A stretch of DNA of 64,000 nucleotides from an uncultured delta proteobacterium (lineage in GTDB: Bacteria > Desulfobacterota > Syntrophorhabdia > Syntrophorhabdales > WCHB1-27), in NCBI GenBank assembly GCA_963810935.1, contig CAWEPK010000011.1, positions 32,001 through 96,000 on the forward strand, given 5' to 3'. Of this stretch, positions 50,892 to 59,968 are shown piece by piece. The notes beneath the pieces are model-generated. The model searched no databases. It was not told where the DNA came from and was given only the letters and a program-made list of their open reading frames with translations. How positions within the stretch are numbered: position 1 is the stretch's first letter; every line of letters starts with the position of its first letter. The position numbers and the translations under genes were made by a program.

Positions 50892-52643
50892 ATGAAGAGA
50901 TCGTTTATTCTATGCTGCGCCGGGCTTGCCCTTGCCCTGGCAGTCTGTGCAGCACCGGCAGGGGCGCTTACCATAGGCGGACTCGTCAGGCAGCCGCTCA
51001 ACCTCGGCGCATCGGAGCTTGCGGCCCACTTCGAGAATACGACAGTCCGTGCGACCGAGGTCGGCAGCGACAGGCAGTTCCACGGGGCGTTCGTTTACCG
51101 GGGCGTTCCCCTCAAGACACTCTTGTCCCTCGCTTCCGTCCGCAAGGAAGACTCAAATTACCAGAAGCCGTTCGACCTCGCCGTGGTAGTTAAGAACAGA
51201 GAAGGCAAGACCGCCGTGCTGTCGGTGGGGGAGATCTTCTATCGGAACGGCGGTGAGATACTGGTCGCGTTCGCCGCCGAGCCGTTGATGCCCGGCCACA
51301 CGAATTGCGGCGCCTGCCACGGCCCGAGCGTCTACCAGCCGGCCCTCGACCAGTTGACGCGAAAAATAGCCTTTCCGAAGCTTGTCGTAACAGGCGACTT
51401 TTTCACCGACCGCAACCTTGAGGAGGTCATAAGCATCGATGTCATAGAGATGCCGGCGAGGGCAGACAAGAAGCAGATGAAAGGACTCCTCTCCTCGCCG
51501 AAATTCAGTGTCTCGGACGGCAGGGGAAAGGCCGTTGAGATCACCGACCTTGCCGGCTATCGCCGGGTCGAGATAGACCTGAAGTATATGAGCGAAGGGA
51601 ACGGATACCACGGCGTGAAGCGAGTGAGCGGGGTGCCGCTCAAAGACATCCTGGACAAAAACGGCATGGGCCGGGACGCCCACGCTGTGGTCCTCGCCTC
51701 GTCGGTCGATGACTACAGGATTCTCATCTCCGATGGCGAGCTTCGTCTAAACCCGGCCGGCGAGCGCATACTGGTAGCCGACAGTGTTGACGGGGTGCCC
51801 ATCAAGGAGGGGAAATTCACCCTGTTCTTTCCGGACGACATTGCCTACGACAGGACCGCCAAGGCCCTGAGCAAGATCGAGGTAGTGCGGCTGGAGCAGA
51901 AGGCGAGGCTCTTTGTAATCGGCGTCGGCTGCGCGGACACGAGTCTCGTCACCTTAAAGGCTGTCTCGTACATGGGCAGGTCGGATGTCTTTGTCGCATC
52001 CGACGATGTAAAGAGCCGGTTTTCGCGGTATATCGGCGACAAGCCGGTGCTCTTCGATCCGTTCAAGAGCATGGCCCACCTCATGAAAAAGGACAACGCG
52101 GGGCTTACGGAGGAGCAGGTTAAAGAGAAGGCCGAGGCGCAGCTCGTAAAGAACAACAGGTCGATCGGCGACGCCCTGAAGGCAGGCAAGAACGTCGCCA
52201 TCCTCGAATACGGCGACCCGACCGTCTATCCGCCCTGGCCGGGCTGGCTCGACCCCGAACTGAAAGACCGCGTGGAGGTAGTGCCGGGGTTGAGTGCTTT
52301 CAATGCGTCCAACGCGATGCTCGACGGCAGCCTCACGTGCAGGGGCGGCTCCATCGTGCTCACTACGCCGAGGGCCATCATCGAGAACGTCGAGCTTGCT
52401 AAGGCCGTCTCAAACTACGGCGATACCCTCGCAGTCTTCATGGGGGTCAGGGAGATTGCATCGCTCGTACCGGCGCTGCGCCGCCACTATCCGCCGGGTA
52501 CGCCAGTCTATATCGTTTACAAGGCGGGTTATTCGAATAGCGCGCACGTGGTAAAGACAACACTCGGCGAGGCAGTTGAGACTGCGGCTAAGGAGAAAGA
52601 AACTCACCTGGCGATGATCTACATAGTGCCGTGCCTCAAATAG
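50892..52643 (+). CDS. Exported fusion protein: two sulfite-oxidase/molybdopterin-oxidoreductase-like domains + CxxCH + tetrapyrrole methylase domain
   Basis: Sec signal (..AAPAGA); GVPLKTLL and GVPLKDIL repeats; CGACH (nt 51306-20); LFVIGVGCAD..VTLKA, GDPTVY, EVVPGLSAFNA. Confidence 0.75.
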   Translation: MKRSFILCCAGLALALAVCAAPAGALTIGGLVRQPLNLGASELAAHFENTTVRATEVGSDRQFHGAFVYRGVPLKTLLSLASVRKEDSNYQKPFDLAVVVKNREGKTAVLSVGEIFYRNGGEILVAFAAEPLMPGHTNCGACHGPSVYQPALDQLTRKIAFPKLVVTGDFFTDRNLEEVISIDVIEMPARADKKQMKGLLSSPKFSVSDGRGKAVEITDLAGYRRVEIDLKYMSEGNGYHGVKRVSGVPLKDILDKNGMGRDAHAVVLASSVDDYRILISDGELRLNPAGERILVADSVDGVPIKEGKFTLFFPDDIAYDRTAKALSKIEVVRLEQKARLFVIGVGCADTSLVTLKAVSYMGRSDVFVASDDVKSRFSRYIGDKPVLFDPFKSMAHLMKKDNAGLTEEQVKEKAEAQLVKNNRSIGDALKAGKNVAILEYGDPTVYPPWPGWLDPELKDRVEVVPGLSAFNASNAMLDGSLTCRGGSIVLTTPRAIIENVELAKAVSNYGDTLAVFMGVREIASLVPALRRHYPPGTPVYIVYKAGYSNSAHVVKTTLGEAVETAAKEKETHLAMIYIVPCLK

Positions 52644-52720
52644 GCAGGCAGGCCGGCTCCGGGCGGATGTTAAGCATCCACCCGGAGCGCTCGCGCCGCG
52701 AACCATGTCGGCAATCAGCC

Positions 52721-53104
52721 TTACGACGGTATAACGACGAGGCCGTCAGTGTACATCTTCGGGGTGCTGATCGAGCAAACGGATATCGTGACCCGGACGG
52801 CCTCGCGCGAGCCGGCATCTACCCTCAGGCTCGCCCATACCTGATAGACTCCGTCCGTCGCGGGGACGATGCCGAAGCCTTGCTCGTTCCTCACCGTCGG
52901 CACTACTTCACCGTCCGCCCTCCTGAGGGACAGCTCGATCCCTCCCGCACCGTTCCGGCTCGTCCACCAGACCAGATATTCCTGGCCCTTCTTCAGGGAA
53001 ATCTCGCATGCGGGCGTCCCTGTCTTTCCCACCTCCTTTTCAACCTCCCGAAGAAGCCTTTGATGCATCAACGAATGAAACAACGAATCAGATAACCAGC
53101 CCAT
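52721..53104 (-). CDS. Hypothetical protein
   Basis: 127 aa with AAGGAG RBS; downstream of ModE box 5. Confidence 0.55.
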   Translation of the reverse strand: MGWLSDSLFHSLMHQRLLREVEKEVGKTGTPACEISLKKGQEYLVWWTSRNGAGGIELSLRRADGEVVPTVRNEQGFGIVPATDGVYQVWASLRVDAGSREAVRVTISVCSISTPKMYTDGLVVIPS

Positions 53105-53218
53105 GACTCTTCTCCTTTTCCGCTTGCTGCCCTTTCAAATCGGCTGGGGCGGCCCGCCCGAAATCTCATGTGTGCTGAAGGGCCATCCCGAAGCTTTTTC
53201 CCGCGCGATCATGCGATA

Positions 53219-53242
53219 CGTTATATACGTACCAATATAACG
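53219..53242. promoter_or_regulatory. ModE-type box 5
   Basis: Perfect CGTTATAT-N8-ATATAACG between the hypothetical gene and modE. Confidence 0.8.
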
Positions 53243-53356
53243 CCTTAGTTTAATTGAAGGACGCGGTGCTTGTCAAGGCACCGGCCTATATCCCTTGTTT
53301 GCATGGAAATCCAAAAGAACATTGCATGGGAACGAATTATGCGTTAAAATGCACCC

Positions 53357-53683
53357 ATGCGGGTCGCTTGCAGGGTTTGGCTCGATAACGATGGTAAGGC
53401 GTTCGGGGAAGGTCCTTACAGGTTGCTGAAGGGAATAGAGAAAACAGGCTCCCTTCGCCAGACGGCCGCCGAACAGGGCATGTCCTACCGTAAGGCGTGG
53501 ATGGTCCTGAAGACCGTCGAGAAAAGGCTCGGCTTCCGCCTCCTCGATCGAAAGATAGGCGGGGCCTCCGGCGGGGGTTCTACCGTTACACCCTCGGGAA
53601 AGACCTTCATCTCAAAATACGAGCGGTTCAGGGCGGATGCCAACAAGTTGGTCGAGCAAGCCTACCGCAAGCACTTCAAATAG
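53357..53683 (+). CDS. modE: ModE-family regulator, winged-helix domain only (no TOBE domains)
   Basis: FGEGPYRLL..IEKTGSL..AA..GMSYRKAW, GGASGGGS.VT; 108 aa. Confidence 0.88.
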   Translation: MRVACRVWLDNDGKAFGEGPYRLLKGIEKTGSLRQTAAEQGMSYRKAWMVLKTVEKRLGFRLLDRKIGGASGGGSTVTPSGKTFISKYERFRADANKLVEQAYRKHFK

Positions 53684-53713
53684 CGGAAGTTTGCCTCTCT
53701 TCCATGCGCCTTT

Positions 53714-55240
53714 TTAGAACGTCCTGTTCTTATCTTCGGCGATCCATTCAGGGAACCAATGGTAGTATTCCGTCGGGTGGGCATGATCCAACCCGTCGTA
53801 AGTGGCCTTCGCCAACTCGATACCTTTCTTTGTCCTGACAAGCTTGATGAATCCCTTCTTTTCGAGCTCTACAAGCAGCGCGTCCAGCCTGTCCTCGCCG
53901 ACATCCAGGGCCTCCGTTATATCACTGCGGGTCATATAGAGGCCCGGGTTTACCCGGTAGTCCTCTGCAAGAAGGTTCAGAAGTTTGTCCCCATCCACAT
54001 CCTTCTCTTTGTCCGGAGGTGCAGAAATGGGCACGGGGATACCGAGGACCGGATCGATCGTACGCCGCCGCATTTTAAGCTCATCGGCCATAGACCGAAG
54101 GGCAGCCCTGAATACGACCAACCGGCATGCTTCCATAGTCCCGCCGGCGATATTTTCAACTTTGGCCTGGTCCATAATCTCCTCAAGAGGATAGAACGGG
54201 GTGACGCCGTCGCCGCCCATCACCTGGATGGCGTCCAGGCTGCCCTGTAGGGCCGATTCGCAGTTATAGATCTTCGCGAGGTTCGACTCTATAGTAATAT
54301 CCTTTCCGAGGTCCCAAAGGTAGGCGTCGTAATAGGTAAGGAGTCTCGCGGTTTTTGCCTTCATCACAAGGTCCGCGATCCTGAACTGGTTGACGGGGAT
54401 GTCGATGGTCGGCTTACCGAACTGCACTCTCCGCTGCGCATATGGAACGACATTACGAAGAAGCTCCCGGAGCCACCCGGTCGCCGTGGCCGATATCAGG
54501 GTCCTCTCGAAATTAAGGCCGGCCGTCATTACGCGCCAGCCGTCACCCTCATTTCCGATGCGATTGGCTGCCGGGACACGGACATTGTTGAAGTCGAGCA
54601 CCCCGTTTTGGATATTGCGGAACCCCATAATCTCGTTGACCTTCTCGACGGTAAATCCGGGTGTCCCCTTTTCGACGATAAAAGCGGTCAGGTGACGATA
54701 ACTGCGTATCGCTTCCGGGTCGTTGCTCGTTCGGGCATAGACCATATGGCGCGTGGCAACGCCGGCCGACACTATGAACCGCTTCTTCCCCCGAATTACA
54801 TAAACGTCGTCTTCCGGCCTTGCGGTCGTCTCTATGGCCGCAGCGTCGGTCCCGGCAAAGGACTCGGTAATAACAATCGCCCCGATCTCTCCCCCCGCAA
54901 TCCGCGGTAGTATCTCTCTCTTCTGCTGTTCCGTTCCGAACTCCATGACCTGCCGTAGGCCGCCCAACATATTTCCGACGAAGGCACGCCCCGGTCCGGG
55001 CATGCAACCCATCGCTTCAGCAGCAATACAGGCGCCTGTCGCGCCGAGACCAAGACCCCCGTATTGCTTAGGGATGGCCGCACCTGAGTAACCCTTCTCT
55101 CCTATTTTTTGAAAAATGTCCCACGGGAATTCGCGGGTCCATCGCGTCTGTGCGTCCCTGGGCAGTATCTCTTTTACAAAGGCGGCCATGTCCGCCGAAA
55201 ATCTTATCTGTTCTTCAGTCCACCACGGATAACTTTCCAC
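53714..55240 (-). CDS. Acyl-CoA dehydrogenase with C-terminal winged-helix-like extension
   Basis: IPKQYGGLG, ITESFAGTD, GKKRFI, LNFER, RVQFGKP, IQVMGGDG, IAGGT; GTG 55240 follows an AAGGGG RBS. Confidence 0.88.
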   Translation of the reverse strand: MESYPWWTEEQIRFSADMAAFVKEILPRDAQTRWTREFPWDIFQKIGEKGYSGAAIPKQYGGLGLGATGACIAAEAMGCMPGPGRAFVGNMLGGLRQVMEFGTEQQKREILPRIAGGEIGAIVITESFAGTDAAAIETTARPEDDVYVIRGKKRFIVSAGVATRHMVYARTSNDPEAIRSYRHLTAFIVEKGTPGFTVEKVNEIMGFRNIQNGVLDFNNVRVPAANRIGNEGDGWRVMTAGLNFERTLISATATGWLRELLRNVVPYAQRRVQFGKPTIDIPVNQFRIADLVMKAKTARLLTYYDAYLWDLGKDITIESNLAKIYNCESALQGSLDAIQVMGGDGVTPFYPLEEIMDQAKVENIAGGTMEACRLVVFRAALRSMADELKMRRRTIDPVLGIPVPISAPPDKEKDVDGDKLLNLLAEDYRVNPGLYMTRSDITEALDVGEDRLDALLVELEKKGFIKLVRTKKGIELAKATYDGLDHAHPTEYYHWFPEWIAEDKNRTF

Positions 55241-55322
55241 AATCCCCCCCCTTGCAGTCTCGTTGCTTATAGCCGCCACACACCGGCGTTCTAAAAGTCG
55301 TTAACGTCCTGTGGCTTATTGC

Positions 55323-57641
55323 TCACTTCTTTAAAGGCCAATTCCCCGCTTTCTTCAGCCCCGTTACAATCTTCTCCGGTGTTACCGGCAGTTCCTTGAA
55401 CCAGACTCCGGTCGCATCGTGAATCGCGCTTACTACCGAAGGAGGCGCGCTCACGTGGCTTCCCTCGGATGCTTCTTTTGCTCCATAGGGACCGTCGGGA
55501 TCATCGGTAATGATATCGATCACCTTGATATCGGGCACATCGGTCGAACGGGGCATTTTGTAATCGAGGAAGCTGCTGTTGAGCGTTTCGCCGTCCACCA
55601 TGATGAACTCCTCATAGATGGCCTGGCCGAGCCCCTGCACTGCACCGCCTTCGTTCTGCCCTTCGACGCTCACCGGGTGAAGCGGTCGTCCGCAATCATG
55701 TCCTATGGTAAAATCGGTGACCTTCACCTTGCCCGTTTCCATGTCCACGCCCACCCTGGTCGTCTGGGCGGTGAAACTGTAAGAGGTGCCGCCGTTGCCC
55801 GTACCTGTCATGAAATCCAACGGCTCGACCCCGTAGCCCGAATAGCCCCGCCCGAGGATGACGGCGCCCGACCCTTCGTAACTGGCTATCTTTGCGACCT
55901 TTTCAAAGGACATTTTCTTGTCGGGATTCGATTTCGTGTATGCGACGCTGTTCGAGATTTCGATTTCCTCCGGAGGTACTCCCCAGACCTTCGCAACGGC
56001 TTCGACGAGTTGCTTCCTGGCATCGAGCGCGGCCCGCTGGGTCGCCTGGCCGGCAAGGGCGGTCACCCTGCTCCCGTAACTGCCCGGGTCTACAGGCGTG
56101 TATGCCGTATCGACCCTCTTTATGCTCACGTCCTCATACCGCACGCCAAGGGACTCGGCAGCTATCATCGCAAGGACCGTGTCGGACCCCTGGCCGCAGT
56201 CTGTTGCCCCGGTGAGCAGGTTGACCGTCCCGTCTTCGCAGATACGGACTATTGCGCCGCACGATTGATGCCCCAATTGGCGGGCGCCGCCCAGGTAGGA
56301 AGTGGAGGAAATGCCTACCCCGTAAGAGAGAGCGCCGCTTCGTTTCGGCCCCTTATCTTTTTCCTTCCATACGCTCTCCTCCGCAACCGCCTCTATGGCT
56401 TCCTTGATGCCGCACGTCTTCAGGGTAATGCCGTTTATCGTACTGTACGTCTCCCCCTTAGCGGGGTTGTCGATGGCATTGCGCATGCGGACGTCTACGA
56501 AATCTATGCCCAGCTCTTCGGCCATCATCTCCATCTGGATCTCACATGCGAAGCGCGTGTGGGTGATGCCGTGCCCCCGCATCGCGGCAGACACGGGATG
56601 GTTCGTAAAAGCCCTCCGGCAATCATATTTATAGTTGGGCAGCTTGTAGGGAAGGGTAGTGGCAAAGCCGGTCAGGTACATGGTGAGGGGGCTTATCGCC
56701 GTATAGGCCCCACCGTCCCCGACGACACGGGTCTGGACTGCGGTAATGAGTCCGTCCTTCGTCATTCCCATCTTATTGTAAACGATCATGGAGTGCCTGC
56801 GACGGCAGGTTGTGAGCACTTCCTCCATGTTATAGATGAATTTCACGGGCCTGCCCGTCTTCTTGGACAGCATGACCGCACAGAAGTCGCCAGCCACGGA
56901 ATCGTTCTTCGTGCCCCCGAAACCGCCGCCTATAAACGGCTGAATCACCCTTACCTTGTTCAGGGGAAGGCCGAAGCAGGCCGCCAGGTGGCGGTAGTGG
57001 AAGTACGGGCTCTGCTTGGCGGGCCACACCGTGATGCCGGCTGCCGGGTCATAGACGGCAAGAGAGGCAGGGGGCTCGAGGAAGCCCACTATGACGCGGC
57101 CTGTCTTGAATCTGTCTTCCCTTACCAGATAGGAATCGGAAAAGGCCTTTTCTACGTCTCCGAAGTTCCAATGGTATTCTACGGCCACATTGTTCGGCCT
57201 GTAATCGTGAATGACCGGCGCGCCCTGGAGCAGCGCCTCCTCCGGGTCATAGACGGCCGGCAGCTCCTCGTAATCGACTTTGATAAGATCGCATGCCTCT
57301 TCGGCAGTCTCCTCGTCGATAGCCGCCACTGCGGCCAGCCCTTCGTTGAGGTAGCGCACCTTGTCAACGGCCAGCGGCGGCTCGTCACGGGTGGTGGCCA
57401 TGAAGCCCCACGTCCAACCGCCGAAATCCTTGCCTGTTATTACCGCCTTGACCCCTTTGAGCTTTTCGGCCCGGCTCGTATCGATATTAAGGATCCGGCC
57501 GTGGGGCACGGAAGCCCTGGCCACCTTTGCCCAAAGCATGTTCGGGAGTGAATAATCGGCTGCGTACCTGGCCTGGCCCGTCACCTTGTCCTTGCCGTCG
57601 ATCCTGGGCACCCGTTTTCCTATGACGTTATACTCTTCCAT
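55323..57641 (-). CDS. XDH-family molybdopterin subunit, HcrA-like (copy 3)
   Basis: KVTGQARY, GGGFGG, AMRGHG, DCGQGSDT, DPGSYGSRVT, GPYGAKEASEG. Confidence 0.9.
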   Translation of the reverse strand: MEEYNVIGKRVPRIDGKDKVTGQARYAADYSLPNMLWAKVARASVPHGRILNIDTSRAEKLKGVKAVITGKDFGGWTWGFMATTRDEPPLAVDKVRYLNEGLAAVAAIDEETAEEACDLIKVDYEELPAVYDPEEALLQGAPVIHDYRPNNVAVEYHWNFGDVEKAFSDSYLVREDRFKTGRVIVGFLEPPASLAVYDPAAGITVWPAKQSPYFHYRHLAACFGLPLNKVRVIQPFIGGGFGGTKNDSVAGDFCAVMLSKKTGRPVKFIYNMEEVLTTCRRRHSMIVYNKMGMTKDGLITAVQTRVVGDGGAYTAISPLTMYLTGFATTLPYKLPNYKYDCRRAFTNHPVSAAMRGHGITHTRFACEIQMEMMAEELGIDFVDVRMRNAIDNPAKGETYSTINGITLKTCGIKEAIEAVAEESVWKEKDKGPKRSGALSYGVGISSTSYLGGARQLGHQSCGAIVRICEDGTVNLLTGATDCGQGSDTVLAMIAAESLGVRYEDVSIKRVDTAYTPVDPGSYGSRVTALAGQATQRAALDARKQLVEAVAKVWGVPPEEIEISNSVAYTKSNPDKKMSFEKVAKIASYEGSGAVILGRGYSGYGVEPLDFMTGTGNGGTSYSFTAQTTRVGVDMETGKVKVTDFTIGHDCGRPLHPVSVEGQNEGGAVQGLGQAIYEEFIMVDGETLNSSFLDYKMPRSTDVPDIKVIDIITDDPDGPYGAKEASEGSHVSAPPSVVSAIHDATGVWFKELPVTPEKIVTGLKKAGNWPLKK

Positions 57642-57646
57642 GGCGC

Positions 57647-58114
57647 CTACTCCTTCATCATTTGTGCGGCGGCTCTTACCGATGCAAAAATCTTCGTATA
57701 TCCCGTGCACCGGCAGAAGTTCCCGGACAGTCCCTGGCGTATCTCCTCATCACTGGGGTCCTTGTTCTTATCAAGGAGGACTTTCGTAGAGAGGATCATC
57801 CCCGGCGTACAAAACCCGCATTGCAGCCCTCCGACGTCTACGAAAGCCTGTTGAATCGGGTGGAGCTTCTCGCCATCCGCCAGCCCTTCGATAGTCGTGA
57901 TCTCCTTTCCGTCGGCTTCCATCGCAAGCATTATGCAGGCATTGACCGCCTGGTTATCCATGATCACGGTGCAAGCCCCGCATTCACCGAGACCGCACCC
58001 CTCTTTTGTTCCCGTCAGCCCCAGGTCTTCCCGGAGGACGTCGAGCAGCATGGCTGACGGCTTCACCTTTACCGTATATGGTTTGTTGTTGACCTTCAGT
58101 TTTAAGGTTTTCAC
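57647..58114 (-). CDS. XDH-family (2Fe-2S) subunit
   Basis: GTKEGCGLGECGACTV, QCGFCTPG, GNFCRCTGY; GTG start. Confidence 0.93.
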   Translation of the reverse strand: MKTLKLKVNNKPYTVKVKPSAMLLDVLREDLGLTGTKEGCGLGECGACTVIMDNQAVNACIMLAMEADGKEITTIEGLADGEKLHPIQQAFVDVGGLQCGFCTPGMILSTKVLLDKNKDPSDEEIRQGLSGNFCRCTGYTKIFASVRAAAQMMKE

Positions 58115-59001
58115 AATTGATCTCCCTCCAGGAGGACCTGCCGGAGCGCTCTTCTCGTCATCACGTAGACCATGTCGCAGCGGTATTCCCTTGACGCCCT
58201 GTGATCGTCGATGGGGCTGCATTGCGTTATGGCGTTGTTTGCAGCCTCGTCGATAAGACCGGACGTGATTTTTTGACCGCGGAGGATCGATTCCGCCATC
58301 GGCGCACGGACAGGCGTCGGCGCCACCGCTCCGAGGGCGATCCTGATCTCTTTACAGACGCCTTTATCGCAGGCCGCCACCACCGAGACCCCCACAACGG
58401 CAAGGTCCATGGAATGGCGGGGTGAGAGCTTGAAGTAGACGCCTTTGCTTCCGGACGGCGTATTCGGCACCTTGATGGCTGTTACAATCTCTTCCCTGCC
58501 TACGACCGTTTGCCTGGGACCGGTAAAGAACTTGTCAAGCGGAACCAGGCGTTCGCCTCCGGGGCCCCTCAAACGAACCGTGGCGTCGAGGGCCAGCAGA
58601 GCGGGAGCACTGTCGGCCGACGGAACGGCAGAACAGATATTGCCGACAAAGGTCGCGCGGTTGCGGACCTGGGGCGATGCCATACTTGCCGCTGCCTGGG
58701 CGAGGACCGGGAAAAGTGCTCGTACCTGCCCGGAGCCTTCGATTGCCGCAGCCGTCGTCAGCGCACCTATGGTCAGGCCTCCGGCCTCGCTGCACGCGAA
58801 ACGCTCCAGCTCCCGCAATCCCTTGAGATCGATTACGCAGCTCACTGCCGTTTTTTCACGCTTCTTCAGCCAGGGAATCAGGTCGGTTCCGCCTGCCATG
58901 ACCTGTGCCTTCTCTCCACGCTTTACGAGAAGCGCGATTGTCTCTTCGATAGTCTTGGGTTTTAAGTAGTCAAATTGCGGTAGTCTTCGGTAAAAGGTCA
59001 T
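58111..59001 (-). CDS. XDH-family FAD-binding subunit (no Cys insert)
   Basis: AGGTDL, QVRNRATFVGNICSAVPSAD, DHRASREYR. Confidence 0.92.
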   Translation of the reverse strand: MTFYRRLPQFDYLKPKTIEETIALLVKRGEKAQVMAGGTDLIPWLKKREKTAVSCVIDLKGLRELERFACSEAGGLTIGALTTAAAIEGSGQVRALFPVLAQAAASMASPQVRNRATFVGNICSAVPSADSAPALLALDATVRLRGPGGERLVPLDKFFTGPRQTVVGREEIVTAIKVPNTPSGSKGVYFKLSPRHSMDLAVVGVSVVAACDKGVCKEIRIALGAVAPTPVRAPMAESILRGQKITSGLIDEAANNAITQCSPIDDHRASREYRCDMVYVMTRRALRQVLLEGDQL

Positions 59002-59049
59002 GGTGCCCCTCCTTATGCCACTCTCGATGACCGGCCTGTCATCTTAAAC

Positions 59050-59083
59050 TGTACAGGTGTGTCTAAATATACATACTTGTCTA
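59050..59083. promoter_or_regulatory. Tandem candidate TetR operators
   Basis: TGTACA-N4-TGTCTA (59050-65) and TATACA-N4-TGTCTA (59068-83), both close to the palindrome TAGACA-N4-TGTCTA. Confidence 0.5.
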
Positions 59084-59171
59084 TTGTAGTAAAGTCATAA
59101 AACCGTTGTCAAGCCTTTTTTTATGAGACTTTTGTTTACTCACAGTTGTGATCTCTCTCTTCAGTCTGTTG

Positions 59172-59200
59172 TTGACACGCGTCTGAGTGCTTGCTATACT
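59172..59200 (+). promoter_or_regulatory. sigma70 promoter of the TetR gene
   Basis: TTGACA, 17 bp, TG-n-TATACT. Confidence 0.7.
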
Positions 59201-59210
59201 AGCCGACACA

Positions 59211-59835
59211 ATGGAGAAGAAGGAGAGAGTAAAAAGCCGGGAGGCCAAGGAGAAGATACTTCGGACCACCACGCGGCTTTTGCTGAAGAAGGGCAGCTTC
59301 ATGGCGGTATCGACCACGGATATCTGCAAGGCTGCGAAGATTGCGCGGCCGAGCCTCTATAACTATTTCGGCAGCAAAAGGAACCTTCTCTATTCCCTTC
59401 ACCTGGACCACATGGAGAAGGTGCTGAGACCATACCTCGATGAAGCTTCGTCGATCGACGATCCCCTTACACGCCTCACCTTCATGGTCCGCACATTTAC
59501 GGGCGATGTGATCGGACGCTACCCTGAGCCTGAGGTTCCTTATCCATGATACCCTGGCCATTAAAGACCGGTATTTCAAGGACGTCAGGAAGGAGTGGAA
59601 GCGCCACTACCTTCTTTTGCGCTCAACTATTTCCCAGTTGCAGGATCAGGGGAAGGCGCGCAAGGACATGAGCGCATCGTACGCTGCCCTCTTCATGCTC
59701 GGCATGATGACGTGGGGAACTTTCTGGTTCGACTTCGACCGCAGGGACCGCATCGATGAGATAGCAAAGGGGGCAGTCGATTTCGTTCTCGAAGGGCTCC
59801 AGGCGGGCCCATTCTGCGAACAAAACTCACCTTAG
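59211..59835 (+). CDS. TetR-family regulator; frameshift ~59530
   Basis: DICKAAKIARPSLYNYFGSK; removing one C gives PELRFLIHD...LLRSTISQLQ..GMMTW..FWF. Confidence 0.85.
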
Positions 59836-59968
59836 CAGCCGGCGCTTCCCCAAATACCTTCCCTGATACCGCATATTGCGGCTATATAAGCGATCCCATA
59901 GATTTTCTGTTACCCCCCTTCACAACCAGCCCCGGATGTCTTATTTTTTCCATAGGGAGGAGAAGGCT

